Assembly (NCBI GenBank): GCA_963808735.1
Contig: CAWEHE010000016.1
Span: forward strand, 131,028 to 195,027
Reading direction: 5' to 3'
Length of the DNA stretch: 64,000 bases
Source of the DNA: an uncultured Thermoleophilia bacterium
GTDB taxonomy: Bacteria; Actinomycetota; Thermoleophilia; UBA2241
Shown: positions 40,257 to 50,726 of the stretch, piece by piece
Layout: every line of letters starts with the position of its first letter
How positions within the stretch are numbered: position 1 is the first letter of the stretch
Notes under the pieces: model-generated
The model's database searches: none
Seen by the model: only the letters and a program-made list of their open reading frames with translations
What the model was told of the DNA's origin: nothing
Translations under genes and position numbers: made by a program

Positions 40257-42687
40257 AGCGCTCACCTCCCGCGCAGGCGGCGCCGGTGGCCGCGCCTGCA
40301 AGGGCGCCGGGTCCGGCGCCGATCAGCTCCATCTCGCGCTCGAGTGTCTCCAGCGAGAGTTCGTCGCCGGCGGCCAGGGACGCGAACAGGCGGATGCGCC
40401 GCCCGACGCTCAGGCGGTCGACTGCGCAGAGGTGCCAGAGCTCGAGCGGCAGGGGCGTGCCGCTCCCCGCCAGCACCTCTTCGGCGATGCGCAACTGCTC
40501 CAGCGCGCTGGTGTCCCCAGTACGGTACTGGCAACGGCCTTCCGCGCAGCCGGCGAGAAAGACGCCGGCGGCACCCAGGCGGGCCGCCTCCACGATGTGC
40601 AGAGCGCTGACGCGGCCCAGGCACGGCAACTCGATGAGTCGCACGTTCTCGGGGTAGTGGTCGCGGTGCTGGCCGCTCAGGCTGATGGCGGCGCCGGCGC
40701 ACTCCTTGCAGTAGAAGCCGATGACCGGCGCGTCCACGCCTTCGGTCATGAGCGCGATGCGGCCGAACAGCGCGTCGTCGGCGAGGTTGTGGGCGACGGC
40801 GACCTCGGGGCAGTTCGCCGCGCAGATGCCGCAGGCCCGGCAGATCTCGGGGTCGATCACCGCCAGCTTGCCGTCGTCCTTGACCTCGGCCGGACGCGCC
40901 GCGTCCGCCGGACGGTCCTCCAGGGTGATCGCGCCGAAGGGACACATGGTCATGCAGGTGTCACAGCCCACGCACTGGGCGGCGTCCACCCGGGACGGCG
41001 CCGTGCCGAGGCGGCCGGGCGAGGTGAGGAACGTGTGGATCTGGCCGGCGACCGCGGCCGCCTCCGTGTTGACCTCGATGAGCGCCTTGGGGCCCGCGGC
41101 CGAGCCGCACACGAAGATGCCCTCGGTGCTCGTCTCGGTGGCGCGGTTCTTGCGGTCGAGGATGTCGATGAAGCCGTCGTCGTCGCGGTCCACCCCGAGC
41201 GACTGGGCGAGGCGCTCGGTCTCCGTGGCCGGCACCATGCCCGTGCTGAGGACGACCAGGTCGGGCCGCAGCACGCGCTTGCGCGCGGCGGTGACGTCCT
41301 CGACCTCGATCACCGGCCGGCCGGCGGCGTCGAACTGCACCTCGGGCGGCGTGCCGCGCAGGAATTCCACGCCGGCCTCGCGAGCTCCGAGGAACCAGTG
41401 CTCGTAGCCCACGCCGGCCGTCCTCATCTCGAGATAGCAGACCGTGATCTTCATCTCGGGAAAGAGGGTCTTGAGCCGAATCGCGTGCTTGAGCGCGATC
41501 ATGCAGCAGAGGCGCGAGCAGTGCGGCAGGTGGCGCTTGTCGCGCGACCCGGCGCACTGGATCATGACGAGCTCCTTGACCGGAATGCGGCCGAGCGAGG
41601 CCTGGCCCTCCCAGTCGTCGAGCATCGACGCGAGCTCCACCTGCGTCACGACGCTCTCGTGGTCGGGGTGGAACTCGGAGTAGTACTTGCGGGGCGCCGG
41701 CTCGCAGCCGACGGCGGTGAGGATGGCGCCGGCGTGGATCTTGAAGCTCTCGGGCGACTGCGCGAAGTCGATCGCCTCGACCGGGCACTCCTCGGCGCAC
41801 TTGCCGCAGAAGGTGCAGGTGTCGAGGTCGATGGTACGCACGACTCTGCCGTCGTAGAACTCGCTGAAGATGGCCTTCTTGCCGGGCTCCGACGCCTCGA
41901 CCTCGCACACCGTCTCGCAGGTCCCGCAGTTGATGCAGGCGTCGGTCACCATATTGGGCAGGCGACGGACGCTGACCTCGAAGTCCCCGGGGTGCCCGCT
42001 GACGCCCTCGACGGTGGCGCGCCGGCGGATGGTGAGGTTGGGGTGGTCGATGGAGACGTTGCGGTGGAAGCACTTGCGCGTGCCCGCCTGGGCGTCGCCG
42101 GCGGGAAGGCACTGGCCGCAGTCGTTGGTGGGGAACACGGTGCCGATGCGCGCGGCGCGGCCGCCCAGGAAGGGCCGCCGCTCGATGAGCTCGACCGGAT
42201 GTCCCATCTTGGCGAGCTCCGCGGCGGCCTGCGTGCCGGCCACGCCGCCGCCGATGACCACGACGGTGTCGTGGCGCTCGGCGTAGGCCATGGTGTCGGC
42301 CGGGGCGTCTGGATACAGCACGGACGAGTCGACGATCCGCATGGCCTTGTCGGTCACGGCGGCGACGTCGTCACCGTGGACCCAGCTGCAGCCCTCGCGG
42401 ATGTCGGCGATCTCGAGCTGCAGGCCACGCGCGAAGAGCTTGTGCAGCCGGCGCGCGGCGAAGTCCTGTGAGCAGCCGGCGAAGACGAGTTGCCGGTCGC
42501 CGGTCTCCATCAGCTCGAGGAGCTGCGCCTGGCCCCCGCGGCTGCACCAGTGGGTGCCGCGAAGCACATCGGCGTGCAGGCCCGCGTGCTGCTCCAGCTG
42601 GTCGAAGTCGATGTTGGTGAGCGTGCCGGCGCACTCGCAGAGGAGCACGAGCGGGCGCGCCGGTCCGGTCCCGTTGGAGGCGGTCAT
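40240..42687 (-). CDS. HdrA-like FAD-dependent oxidoreductase with C-terminal MvhD (methyl-viologen-reducing hydrogenase delta)-like domain
   Basis: It has the FAD motif VVVIGGGVAGTQAA, four ferredoxin-type Cys clusters, CCMIALKHA and a C-terminal FYCKECAGAA...LPCLGRVS domain. Confidence 0.75.
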   Translation of the reverse strand: MTASNGTGPARPLVLLCECAGTLTNIDFDQLEQHAGLHADVLRGTHWCSRGGQAQLLELMETGDRQLVFAGCSQDFAARRLHKLFARGLQLEIADIREGCSWVHGDDVAAVTDKAMRIVDSSVLYPDAPADTMAYAERHDTVVVIGGGVAGTQAAAELAKMGHPVELIERRPFLGGRAARIGTVFPTNDCGQCLPAGDAQAGTRKCFHRNVSIDHPNLTIRRRATVEGVSGHPGDFEVSVRRLPNMVTDACINCGTCETVCEVEASEPGKKAIFSEFYDGRVVRTIDLDTCTFCGKCAEECPVEAIDFAQSPESFKIHAGAILTAVGCEPAPRKYYSEFHPDHESVVTQVELASMLDDWEGQASLGRIPVKELVMIQCAGSRDKRHLPHCSRLCCMIALKHAIRLKTLFPEMKITVCYLEMRTAGVGYEHWFLGAREAGVEFLRGTPPEVQFDAAGRPVIEVEDVTAARKRVLRPDLVVLSTGMVPATETERLAQSLGVDRDDDGFIDILDRKNRATETSTEGIFVCGSAAGPKALIEVNTEAAAVAGQIHTFLTSPGRLGTAPSRVDAAQCVGCDTCMTMCPFGAITLEDRPADAARPAEVKDDGKLAVIDPEICRACGICAANCPEVAVAHNLADDALFGRIALMTEGVDAPVIGFYCKECAGAAISLSGQHRDHYPENVRLIELPCLGRVSALHIVEAARLGAAGVFLAGCAEGRCQYRTGDTSALEQLRIAEEVLAGSGTPLPLELWHLCAVDRLSVGRRIRLFASLAAGDELSLETLEREMELIGAGPGALAGAATGAACAGGERCGHVA

Positions 42688-43124
42688 GCGCTCACCACTC
42701 CGGCAGCGGCCGGCTGGGACGGCGCGGTATCCGCTTTCGGCGGCTGCGCCTCGATGGCGTCGGCCGGGCAGCCGCGGGCGCAGGTACCGCATCCCAGGCA
42801 CTTCTCGTCGTCGTAGACGATGCTGCGGTAGACGGTGACGCGCTCCGGCACCTCGACCGGGCCGTCGGGCTCGTGCTGCATGAGCCGGCGCAGCGCAGCC
42901 CCGAGCTCGCCGCGGCGGCTGCCCTCCGGCGCGTCCAGGAGCTGGTTCACGTCGAAGAAGTCGCCGCGCTCGGAGGCGCCGCTGGGGCAGTTCTTGGCGC
43001 AGGTGCCGCAGCCGACGCAGAGCTCTTCGTGACGGACGATCTCGCAGCCGACGCCGACGGTGCTCTGCAGCGAGCCGCCGGGCACGCGGTCGAGGATCTC
43101 GCGTCCGCGGTGGGTGAGCGGCAT
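42684..43124 (-). CDS. 4Fe-4S dicluster ferredoxin-like protein
   Basis: It carries two CxxCxxCxxxCP motifs. Confidence 0.65.
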   Translation of the reverse strand: MPLTHRGREILDRVPGGSLQSTVGVGCEIVRHEELCVGCGTCAKNCPSGASERGDFFDVNQLLDAPEGSRRGELGAALRRLMQHEPDGPVEVPERVTVYRSIVYDDEKCLGCGTCARGCPADAIEAQPPKADTAPSQPAAAGVVSA

Positions 43125-43633
43125 CAGGCGGCCCCCCTCTCCGCGGGGGAGGCGGCGCGGCCGGCCGCGCCGGCCTCGGATCGCGGCAGCGGCGGCAGGC
43201 CGCCGATCACGCGATCCATCTCGCGCACAGCGGCCACGAACTTGGGCGGCTCGCCGGCGCTCATCGTGAACATGCGGCAGCGCTCGGGCTCCACGCCCAC
43301 GCTCTCGAGCATCCGCTGCACGAACGTCACCCGGTCGACGGCCCTGAAGTTGCCCTCGCGGTAATGGCACTGGCCGAGCAGGCAGCCGGCGACCATGACG
43401 CCGTCGGCGCCCTCTGCCAGGGCGCTGAGGAGGTGCAGCGGACTGACGCGGCCGGTGCACGGCATCAGCACGAGACGGACAGTCGGCGGCAGCGGCGTGC
43501 GCGCGTTGGCGCTCGCGTCGGCCGCCGCATAGGCGCACTCCCGGCAGCAGAACGCGACGATGGTGCGGTCGCCGCTCGTCGCGCCGGCGCCTGCCGCGGC
43601 TCCGGTCGCCGTGGCTGTCGTGGATGCCGTCAT
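43124..43633 (-). CDS. MvhD/FlpD-like domain protein
   Basis: The sequence reads IVAFCCRECAYAAAD...LVLMPCTGRVSPLHLLSALAEGADGVMVAGC. Confidence 0.65.
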   Translation of the reverse strand: MTASTTATATGAAAGAGATSGDRTIVAFCCRECAYAAADASANARTPLPPTVRLVLMPCTGRVSPLHLLSALAEGADGVMVAGCLLGQCHYREGNFRAVDRVTFVQRMLESVGVEPERCRMFTMSAGEPPKFVAAVREMDRVIGGLPPLPRSEAGAAGRAASPAERGAA

Positions 43634-46600
43634 CAGACGGTCGCCTCCGCCAGCACCTCGGCGTCGCTGAAGCCGCCGAGCTGCATCGCCCCTGTGGGGC
43701 ACTCGGCGGCGCAGATGCCGCAGCCGCGGCAGATGTTGGGGTCGACGAACGAGTGCGCTTCGGGTCCGACCGTGATGGTGATCGCCGTCTGCGGGCAGGC
43801 CGTCTCGCAGACGCCGCAGGCGACGCAGACCAAGGCGTCGCTGGAGGCGACCTGCGCAGGCGTCATCGCGAAGCCCGTGCTCAGCATGCTGATGGCACGG
43901 GCCGCCGCCGCCTTGGCCTGTGCGATCGACTCGGGGATCGTCTTGGGTCCTTGCGCGGTGCCGCACAGGTACATCCCGGTGCGCTGCGTGTCGACGGGGG
44001 CGAGCTTGGGGTGGAACTCGCGGATGAAGCCGGCGGCCGCCGTCTGCACGCCGGCGACGCGGGCGATGTCCTGCGTACCCGCGGAGCCCTCGAGGCCGGC
44101 GGAGAGCACCACGAGGTCGTACTGATCCTCGCTCTTGGCGCCGGTCATGGTGTTCTCCATGCGCACCGTGAGCGAGCCGTCCTGCTCCTCGAGGATCTCG
44201 CCGACGCGGCCGCGCACGTAGCGCACGCCGCGCTCCTGCACCAGCCGGTAGTACTCCTCGTGCGCCTTGCCCGGCGTGCGCATGTCGGTGTAGCCGATGG
44301 TGATCTCGGCTTCCGGGTAGTGCTGCTTGATCAGCGAACTGTGCAGTGTGGCGAACAGGCAGCAGATGGCCGAGCAGTGCTCGTTGCCGCTGCTGGTGCA
44401 GTCGCGCGAGCCGACGCACTGGAGCATGAAGATGCGCTTGGGCGTCTCGCCGTCGGAGGGACGCTCGAGCTCGCCCGCGGTCGGCCCGGAGGCCGACAGC
44501 AGCCGGGCGAGCTGGCTCTGCGTGAGCACGTTCTTGAAGCGGCCGTAGCCGAGCGGCAGCTTGCGCGCCGCGTCGAACTCCTGATGGCCGGTCGCCAGGA
44601 TGACGGCGCCGACGGTGATCTCCTCGTCCCAGGCCTTCTGGTCGAAGTCGATGGCGTCGGCGGGGCACGCCGTGACGCACGACTTGCAGTCGGAGCACAC
44701 GGCGCAGTCGAGGCAGCGCTCGGCCTCGGCGCGGACGTCCTCCTCGCTGAAGCCGAGGCGGACCTCCTCCCACGTGGTGCGGCGCGCGACGCCGTCCAGG
44801 GTCTTCATGATGCGGCGCGCCTGCGGCTCGAGCGGGTCGAGCTCCGTGTGCGGGATCTTGACCTTGTCGGCCTCGGAGTCCCACACGGGGATCAGCTGCT
44901 CGCCGCGCAGGAAGTTGTGCACGGCGCGGGCGCCGCGACGGCCGGCGGCGATCGCCTCGATCGCCGTCCAGGGGCCCATCGCGGCGGCGTCCCCGCCGGC
45001 GAACACGCCGGTGCGGCCGGTCATCATCGTGTCGGGGTCGACGGTGATCTGGCCGCGGGCGACGGCGACGCCGTCGGCGCCGGTCGCCACGAAGTCGTCG
45101 ACGATCGCCTGGCCGACCGCGAAGATGACGGTGTCGGCCTCGAGCTCGACGAACTCGCCCTCCACGGGCACCGGCGGGCGCCAGCCGCGCTCGTTGGGCT
45201 CGCCCAAGGTACAGCGCTGGAACTTCACGCCGGTGGCGACGCCGCCCTTGCCGAGGATCTCGACGGGCACGAGTGAGTACTCGACGTGGACCTGCTCCTC
45301 CTTGCCTTCTTCGATCTCCTCGGACGAGGCCGGCGCCGTGCGCTCGTCCTCGATGCAGGCGAGGGTGACCTCGCCGGCGCCGCAGCGGTACGCCGTGCGG
45401 CCGGCGTCGTAGGCCACGTCGCCGCCGCCGACCACGACCACGCGCTTCCCGGTGGTCACCGTCTCGCCGAGCGCCTGCGCGCGCAGGAACTCGACGGCGC
45501 GCAGCGACGCCCTGCTGGTCGAGGCCGTCGATCGGCAGGTCCTTGCTCTGGTGCAGGCCGGTCGCCAGGAAGACGGCCTTGTAGCCGTCGGCGAACAGCG
45601 AGTCGACGGTGAAGTCGGAGCCGCAGCGCATGCCCGGTCTTGAGCTCGACGCCGAGGGCGGTGATGCGGTCCACCTCGCCCTGCAGCGCGGTGCGCGGCA
45701 GGCGGTACTCGGGGATGCCCACGCGCAGCATGCCGCCGGCGACCGGGAGAGCCTCGAACACGGTCGCCTTGTAGCCGAACTGCGCGAGCTCGCGAGCGGC
45801 GGTGAGGCCGGCGGGGCCGCCGCCGACGATCGCCACGGGCTCGTCGTAGAACACCGGCAGCGCCTCGGGCATCTCGCCCGGGACGCCGTGGTCGGCGACG
45901 AAGCGCTTGATGCCGGCGATGGCGATCGGGTCCTCCACCTTGCCGCGCGTGCACTCGGTCTCGCAGACGTGCGTGCAGATGCGGCCGCAGACGCTGGGGA
46001 AGGGGTTCGGCTCGCTGGCGACCCGGTACGCCTCCTCGTAGCGGCCCTTGGCGACCAGCGCCACGTAGCCGTGGGCGGACGTGTGCACGGGGCACGCGGT
46101 CTTGCAGGGGCTCCAGCCCTTGCGGTCGACGGCGAAGGTCGCCGGGACGGCGTTGGCGAACGGCCGCGAGATCGCGGTCCGCTCGCTGACGCCGAAGTCG
46201 AACTCGTTCGGGTAGGTCACGGGACACACCGCGGAGCACTCGCCGCAGCCGACGCACTTCTCGTCCACGTAGCGGGGCCGGTGGCGGAGCGTCACGTTGA
46301 ACTCGCCGGGGGGGCCGGTGACGGAGGTGACGTCGGAGAGCGTGTGGATGTGGACGCGGCTGTTGGTCGCGGCGCCGGTCAGGCGAGGCGCCAGCGAGCA
46401 CATGGCGCAGTCCTCGGTCGGGAAGGTCTTGCTGAGGCGGGACATGTAGCCGCCGATGCTCTGCTGGCGCTCGACGAGGTGGACCTCGATGCCCGCGGCG
46501 GCCAGCTCCTCCGCGGCGGACATGCCGGCGATGCCGCCGCCGACCACCATGACGGAGCGGTTGAGGAACGTGCGCTGGCGCGGCAGGTCGCTCATGTGCT

Positions 46601-46979
46601 GCAGACGGGCGACGGCGCCCTCGACGATCTTGCTCGCCTTGACCTGCGCGCGCTCGGGCTCGTGCGCGTGCACGTAGGAGCAACCCTCGCGGATGTTGCC
46701 GAAGGCCACGGAGTTCTCGCCCAGCTTGAGCTCGCGCGCGATGCGCTCGAAGGTCGGGCCCTGGAAGCGCGGCGAGCACGAGGCGATGACGAAGTGGTCG
46801 AGGCCGCGCTCTTCCACGGCCTTCTCGATCATCGCGCGGCCCTCGGTGCCGCACATGAACTGGTTGACGTTCACCTCGACGACGCCGTCCAGCGCGCGCA
46901 CGTGCTCGGCGAGCGGCTCGAGGTCGATCACGCCGCTGATGTTGCCGCCGCACTGGCAGAGGAAGACTCCGGCCCTCAT
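43633..46979 (-). pseudogene. Giant HdrA-like flavoprotein with inserted GltD/NfnB-like NAD(P)H-binding module; two apparent +1 frameshifts near 45623 and 45505
   Basis: The sequence is split over three frames. Frame 1: MRAGVFLCQCGGNISG..., FAD motif, GltD-like CGRICTHVCE, FAD-2 site VAIVGGGPAGL...KTGHAL. Frame 2: GSDFTVDSLFADGYKAVFLATG. Frame 3: LRAVEFL...VVVVGGGDVAYD, the HdrA core, CCLFATLHS and two terminal ferredoxin clusters. Confidence 0.75.
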
Positions 46980-47941
46980 CCCACGACCTCCATGCTGCGG
47001 GCGCCGATGCGCTCGAGGAAGGGCTCGACATCCTGGGAGTGCGTCTGGACGCCGACGATCTTCTCGGGGTCGGCGCCCATCGCCAGCGCCAGGAGCTGCT
47101 GCACGTGCAGGTGCACGAACGGGTACTCCTCGCCGAATCCCGCGGAGATGATGTCGCTGAAGCGGTCGAACTGGATGTGGCAGTTGGGGCACATGTGCAC
47201 GAGCACGTCGACCTTCTCCTCGGCCAGCCGGTGCAGCTTCTTCTGCGTCACCCCGACCGAGATCGACGGGTTGACGAAGCGGTTGCGGAAGCCGGCCCCG
47301 CAGTGGGTCTGCTTCTCGTTGTAGGCGCCGGTGCAGGTGACGCCGGCGGGGATGAGCATCTCCTCCGGCACCATGAAGTTCTCGTTGTTGCCCAGGGTCT
47401 CGTCGGGGAAGACCTTGCAGTAGTGGCAGGCGGGGTGGGTGGCCACCTTGATGCCGTCGAGGCGACGGCGGATGAGCTCCGGCACGCTGTCGTGGGCGCC
47501 CCACAGGATCTCGAGGGTGTGCTTGTGCTGGACGGTGCCGGCGATGCGGTCGTCGTACTCGCGGCCGATCTTGCCGAGCACGTCGTTGGTCTCCGCGCGG
47601 TAGCCGGGGACGTCGAGGATGTTGCGCGCCTTCTTGTTGATCGCGTAGCAGGTGGAGCAGAGGTAGCTCATCACGGGGTGCTCGTCGTCGACGACGACGC
47701 AGGCGTTGCGCGCGGCGATGCCGACGGTGGTCTGGATCGGCATGAGGTCGGAGTAGTAGCCGAGGCCGGTGCAGCACGTCTGGTCCTCGTTGACGGTGTA
47801 CTCGATGCCGAAGCGCTCGAAGAGCCACTTGGTCGACGACTCGACGCCCGGGTACTCGGCCGAGACCAGGCAGCTGCGGAACAGCGTGACGCCCTTCTCG
47901 ATGCGCGGCACGTCGGGAGTTGAAGTGTAGCGTTTGCCCAT
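46976..47941 (-). CDS. Heterodisulfide reductase subunit B-like (two CCG domains)
   Basis: The motifs are CCTGLG and CPNCH. An AT-richer promoter region lies upstream at 47990-48330. The start is M1 or M14. Confidence 0.7.
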   Translation of the reverse strand: MGKRYTSTPDVPRIEKGVTLFRSCLVSAEYPGVESSTKWLFERFGIEYTVNEDQTCCTGLGYYSDLMPIQTTVGIAARNACVVVDDEHPVMSYLCSTCYAINKKARNILDVPGYRAETNDVLGKIGREYDDRIAGTVQHKHTLEILWGAHDSVPELIRRRLDGIKVATHPACHYCKVFPDETLGNNENFMVPEEMLIPAGVTCTGAYNEKQTHCGAGFRNRFVNPSISVGVTQKKLHRLAEEKVDVLVHMCPNCHIQFDRFSDIISAGFGEEYPFVHLHVQQLLALAMGADPEKIVGVQTHSQDVEPFLERIGARSMEVVG

Positions 47942-48329
47942 GGTCCCCTCGCGGTAGCTGACGACTCGGCTATTGTCCATAAGAAATGCTGTTCCTGCAA
48001 ATCAGCTTGGCTTATAGATGGCGTGAGGGTGATAAGCGGGCGTCCAGCCGGACGATTCAGGCGCCTTCAGTCTGATGCGCGAGCGCGCGAGGCGGCCGGT
48101 CGCCGGCGCCACGCCGCAGGCCGGGAGTCTCTCACATGCCCTGTCACCGTCCTGCGTCGAGGAGGTACGGAGCGCCGCGGGCCGAGACCAACAGGCGTCG
48201 CTTCACGTGGCGACACCAGGTGCATGCGGGCGCGTTACAGGGGACCCGATTCAGGGGAGGAATCTAGTACCAGCACCGGTGTCGTGGCCCCCGCTCCGGA
48301 GGCCGCAGCCGCCTCGAGGGGAGGGCTCA

Positions 48330-48566
48330 ATGCGCCAGGTCCACCCGATGCCGACCCAGACGCATTCCGGTCACGCGCCCGTGCCTGCACCTCCGTCGAC
48401 CGTCCGCTCCCTCGACAGCGCCCACTGTGGCCTGTGCGGCGCCAAGCTGTCCACCAGGACCCTCCGCTATCACGTCGTCTCGCCACAATGCTGCGACGCG
48501 CCCATCACGGTGTGCCACACCTGCCGCAACGCGGCGCTGGGCGAAGGGTACCGGCCGGCCGAGTAG
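48330..48566 (+). CDS. Hypothetical small Cys-rich protein (CxxC...CC...CxxC, zinc-ribbon-like)
   Basis: It has a strong RBS (ggggaggg 5 nt before ATG) and high GC3. It lies in the divergent promoter region between the hdr cluster and hemE. Confidence 0.35.
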   Translation: MRQVHPMPTQTHSGHAPVPAPPSTVRSLDSAHCGLCGAKLSTRTLRYHVVSPQCCDAPITVCHTCRNAALGEGYRPAE

Positions 48567-48712
48567 CCGGTGGACCTGCGGTGCACCGCCAGTTGGCTGG
48601 TCCGCGCAGAAGCGGGGCGGCCCGGGTCTTCGCCTCCGACGGGAGCCCGAGGGCTCCCGTTTGCTACAATCACCATCCCGACGCTTCTGTCCCGCCACAC
48701 CAGGTGATGCCC

Positions 48713-49738
48713 ATGCGCCTTCTCGATGCCTGTGCCCGCAAGCCCGTCGACGCGACGCCGATCTGGCTCATGCGCCAGGCCGGCCGCTACCTGCCCGAGT
48801 ACCGCGCCATCCGCGAGAAGATGAGCTTCGTGGAGATGTGCCGGCGGCCGGACATCGCGGCGGAGGTCACATTGCAGCCGCTCCGCCGCTTCGACCTCGA
48901 CGCCGCCATCGTCTTCGCCGACATCCTCCTGCCGCTCGAGCCCATGGGGATCGGCTTCCACTTCACGCCCGAGGATGGCCCCGTCATCGAGCGGCCCATC
49001 CGCGGCGCTCGCGACCTCGAGGGCGTGCACACCATCGACGCGGCGTCGGACCTCGAGTACGTCATGGACACCATCCGTCTCGTGCGTCACGAGATGGACG
49101 ACGACATCCCCCTCATCGGCTTCTCCGGCGCGCCGTTCACCCTGGCCAGCTACATCGTCGAGGGCGGCCACTCGCGCAACTACGCGCACGTCAAGAAGCT
49201 CATGTACCAGGACCCGGTGACGTTCAACCGGCTGATGGGGCTCATCTCCGAGGTCGTCGTGGACTACCTCAAGGCGCAGATCGCCGCCGGCGCCCAGGTC
49301 GTGCAGCTGTTCGACTCCTGGGTCGGCTGGCTGAGCCCTTACGACTACGAGCTCCTCGTGCTGCCGCACGTTCGGTACGTGGTCGACCACGTCAAGGGCC
49401 TGGGGGCGCCGGTCATCTACTTCGGCAACGGCGCCTCGGCGATGCTCCACCTCGTCGGCAAGGCGGGGAGCGACGTGTACGGCGTCGACTGGCGCATCGA
49501 ACTCGACCGCGCCTGGGACCAGCTCGGTGACGTCGCCGTGCAGGGCAACCTCGACCCGATCACGCTCCTCGGACCTGTCAAGGCCATCGAGGAGCGCGCC
49601 GCGGACGTGATCCGTCGCGCCGGCGGCCGGCCGGGGCACATCTTCAACCTCGGGCACGGCCTGATCCCGCAGGTGCCGCCGGACAACGTCAAGTACCTCG
49701 TCGACGCCGTGCACCGGCTCTCGGCCGCCACCGCCTGA
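48713..49738 (+). CDS. hemE: Uroporphyrinogen decarboxylase
   Basis: The HemE signatures are PIWLMRQAGRYLPEY and GFSGAPFTLASY. An AGGTGA RBS sits before the second ATG. Confidence 0.9.
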   Translation: MRLLDACARKPVDATPIWLMRQAGRYLPEYRAIREKMSFVEMCRRPDIAAEVTLQPLRRFDLDAAIVFADILLPLEPMGIGFHFTPEDGPVIERPIRGARDLEGVHTIDAASDLEYVMDTIRLVRHEMDDDIPLIGFSGAPFTLASYIVEGGHSRNYAHVKKLMYQDPVTFNRLMGLISEVVVDYLKAQIAAGAQVVQLFDSWVGWLSPYDYELLVLPHVRYVVDHVKGLGAPVIYFGNGASAMLHLVGKAGSDVYGVDWRIELDRAWDQLGDVAVQGNLDPITLLGPVKAIEERAADVIRRAGGRPGHIFNLGHGLIPQVPPDNVKYLVDAVHRLSAATA

Positions 49739-49760
49739 GCCTGCCGGGGAGATCCACGCC

Positions 49761-50726
49761 ATGACCGACAGCCTCGTCGACGTCGCTCTTCTCGCCTACG
49801 GCGGTCCGGAGAGCCCCGAGCAGATCGTGCCCTTCCTCGAGCGGCTGATGGGGCGCACGCCCGACCCGGGGACGGTCGCCGCCGTGCAGGAGCGCTACGC
49901 GCTCATCGGCGGCGCCTCGCCGCTGCCCGGCATCACCGCTCTCCAGGCGGCTGCGCTCGAGGCCAAGCTCGTCAAGGAGCTCGCGTTCCCGGTGCGCGTG
50001 CGCCACGGCTTCCTGTACACCGAGCCGGGCGTCACCGACTGCGTGCGATCTCTCGATGGGCACCGGGTGATCGCCCTGCCGATGAGTCCCTTCTCGTCGC
50101 GGCTCACGAGCGGCCGGTACCGGACGCAGCTCGCGGCCGCGGAGGACCCGGCCACCGGCGGCCGCGGCCGTGACATCCCGCTGCTCGAGGGCTGGTACGC
50201 GAGCCGCGGCTTCGTGCAGACCATCAGCCGCCGCGTCGCGGCGGCGCTCGACGGCTGCGACGTCAACGAGTGGGCCGTGCTCTTCACCGCGCACAGCGTG
50301 CCGTCCGAGACGATCGCCGAGGGCGACCCCTACGTGGACCAGCTGCAGATGACGATCTCCCAGCTGGTCCCGCAGATCATGCCGGGCGACTGGCGCTTCG
50401 GCTTCCAGAGCAAGGGCCGCGGCGGGGGCGAGTGGATGGGCCCGGAGGCCGACGACGTGGTGCGCCTCCTGGCGGAGGAGGGCTGGAAGAAGATCCTCGT
50501 CGTGCCGGTCGGCTTCGTCAGCGACAACGTGGAGACCCTCTACGACCTCGACATCGTGCTGCGCGCCCAGATCGAGGGCCTCGGCATCGAGTACCGCCGT
50601 TCGCACGCGCCCAACGACTCGCCCTACTTCATCGACGCGCTCGCCGACGTCGTCACCGACTACCTCGCCCTGCGGCCGGTCGCGCATGCTCCCCACCGGC
50701 CCGACGGCCCGCACGAGCACGGCTGA
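49761..50726 (+). CDS. hemH: Ferrochelatase (coproporphyrin ferrochelatase-type)
   Basis: It matches HemH/CpfC over its full length (VALLAYGGPES, HSVP region). Confidence 0.85.
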   Translation: MTDSLVDVALLAYGGPESPEQIVPFLERLMGRTPDPGTVAAVQERYALIGGASPLPGITALQAAALEAKLVKELAFPVRVRHGFLYTEPGVTDCVRSLDGHRVIALPMSPFSSRLTSGRYRTQLAAAEDPATGGRGRDIPLLEGWYASRGFVQTISRRVAAALDGCDVNEWAVLFTAHSVPSETIAEGDPYVDQLQMTISQLVPQIMPGDWRFGFQSKGRGGGEWMGPEADDVVRLLAEEGWKKILVVPVGFVSDNVETLYDLDIVLRAQIEGLGIEYRRSHAPNDSPYFIDALADVVTDYLALRPVAHAPHRPDGPHEHG

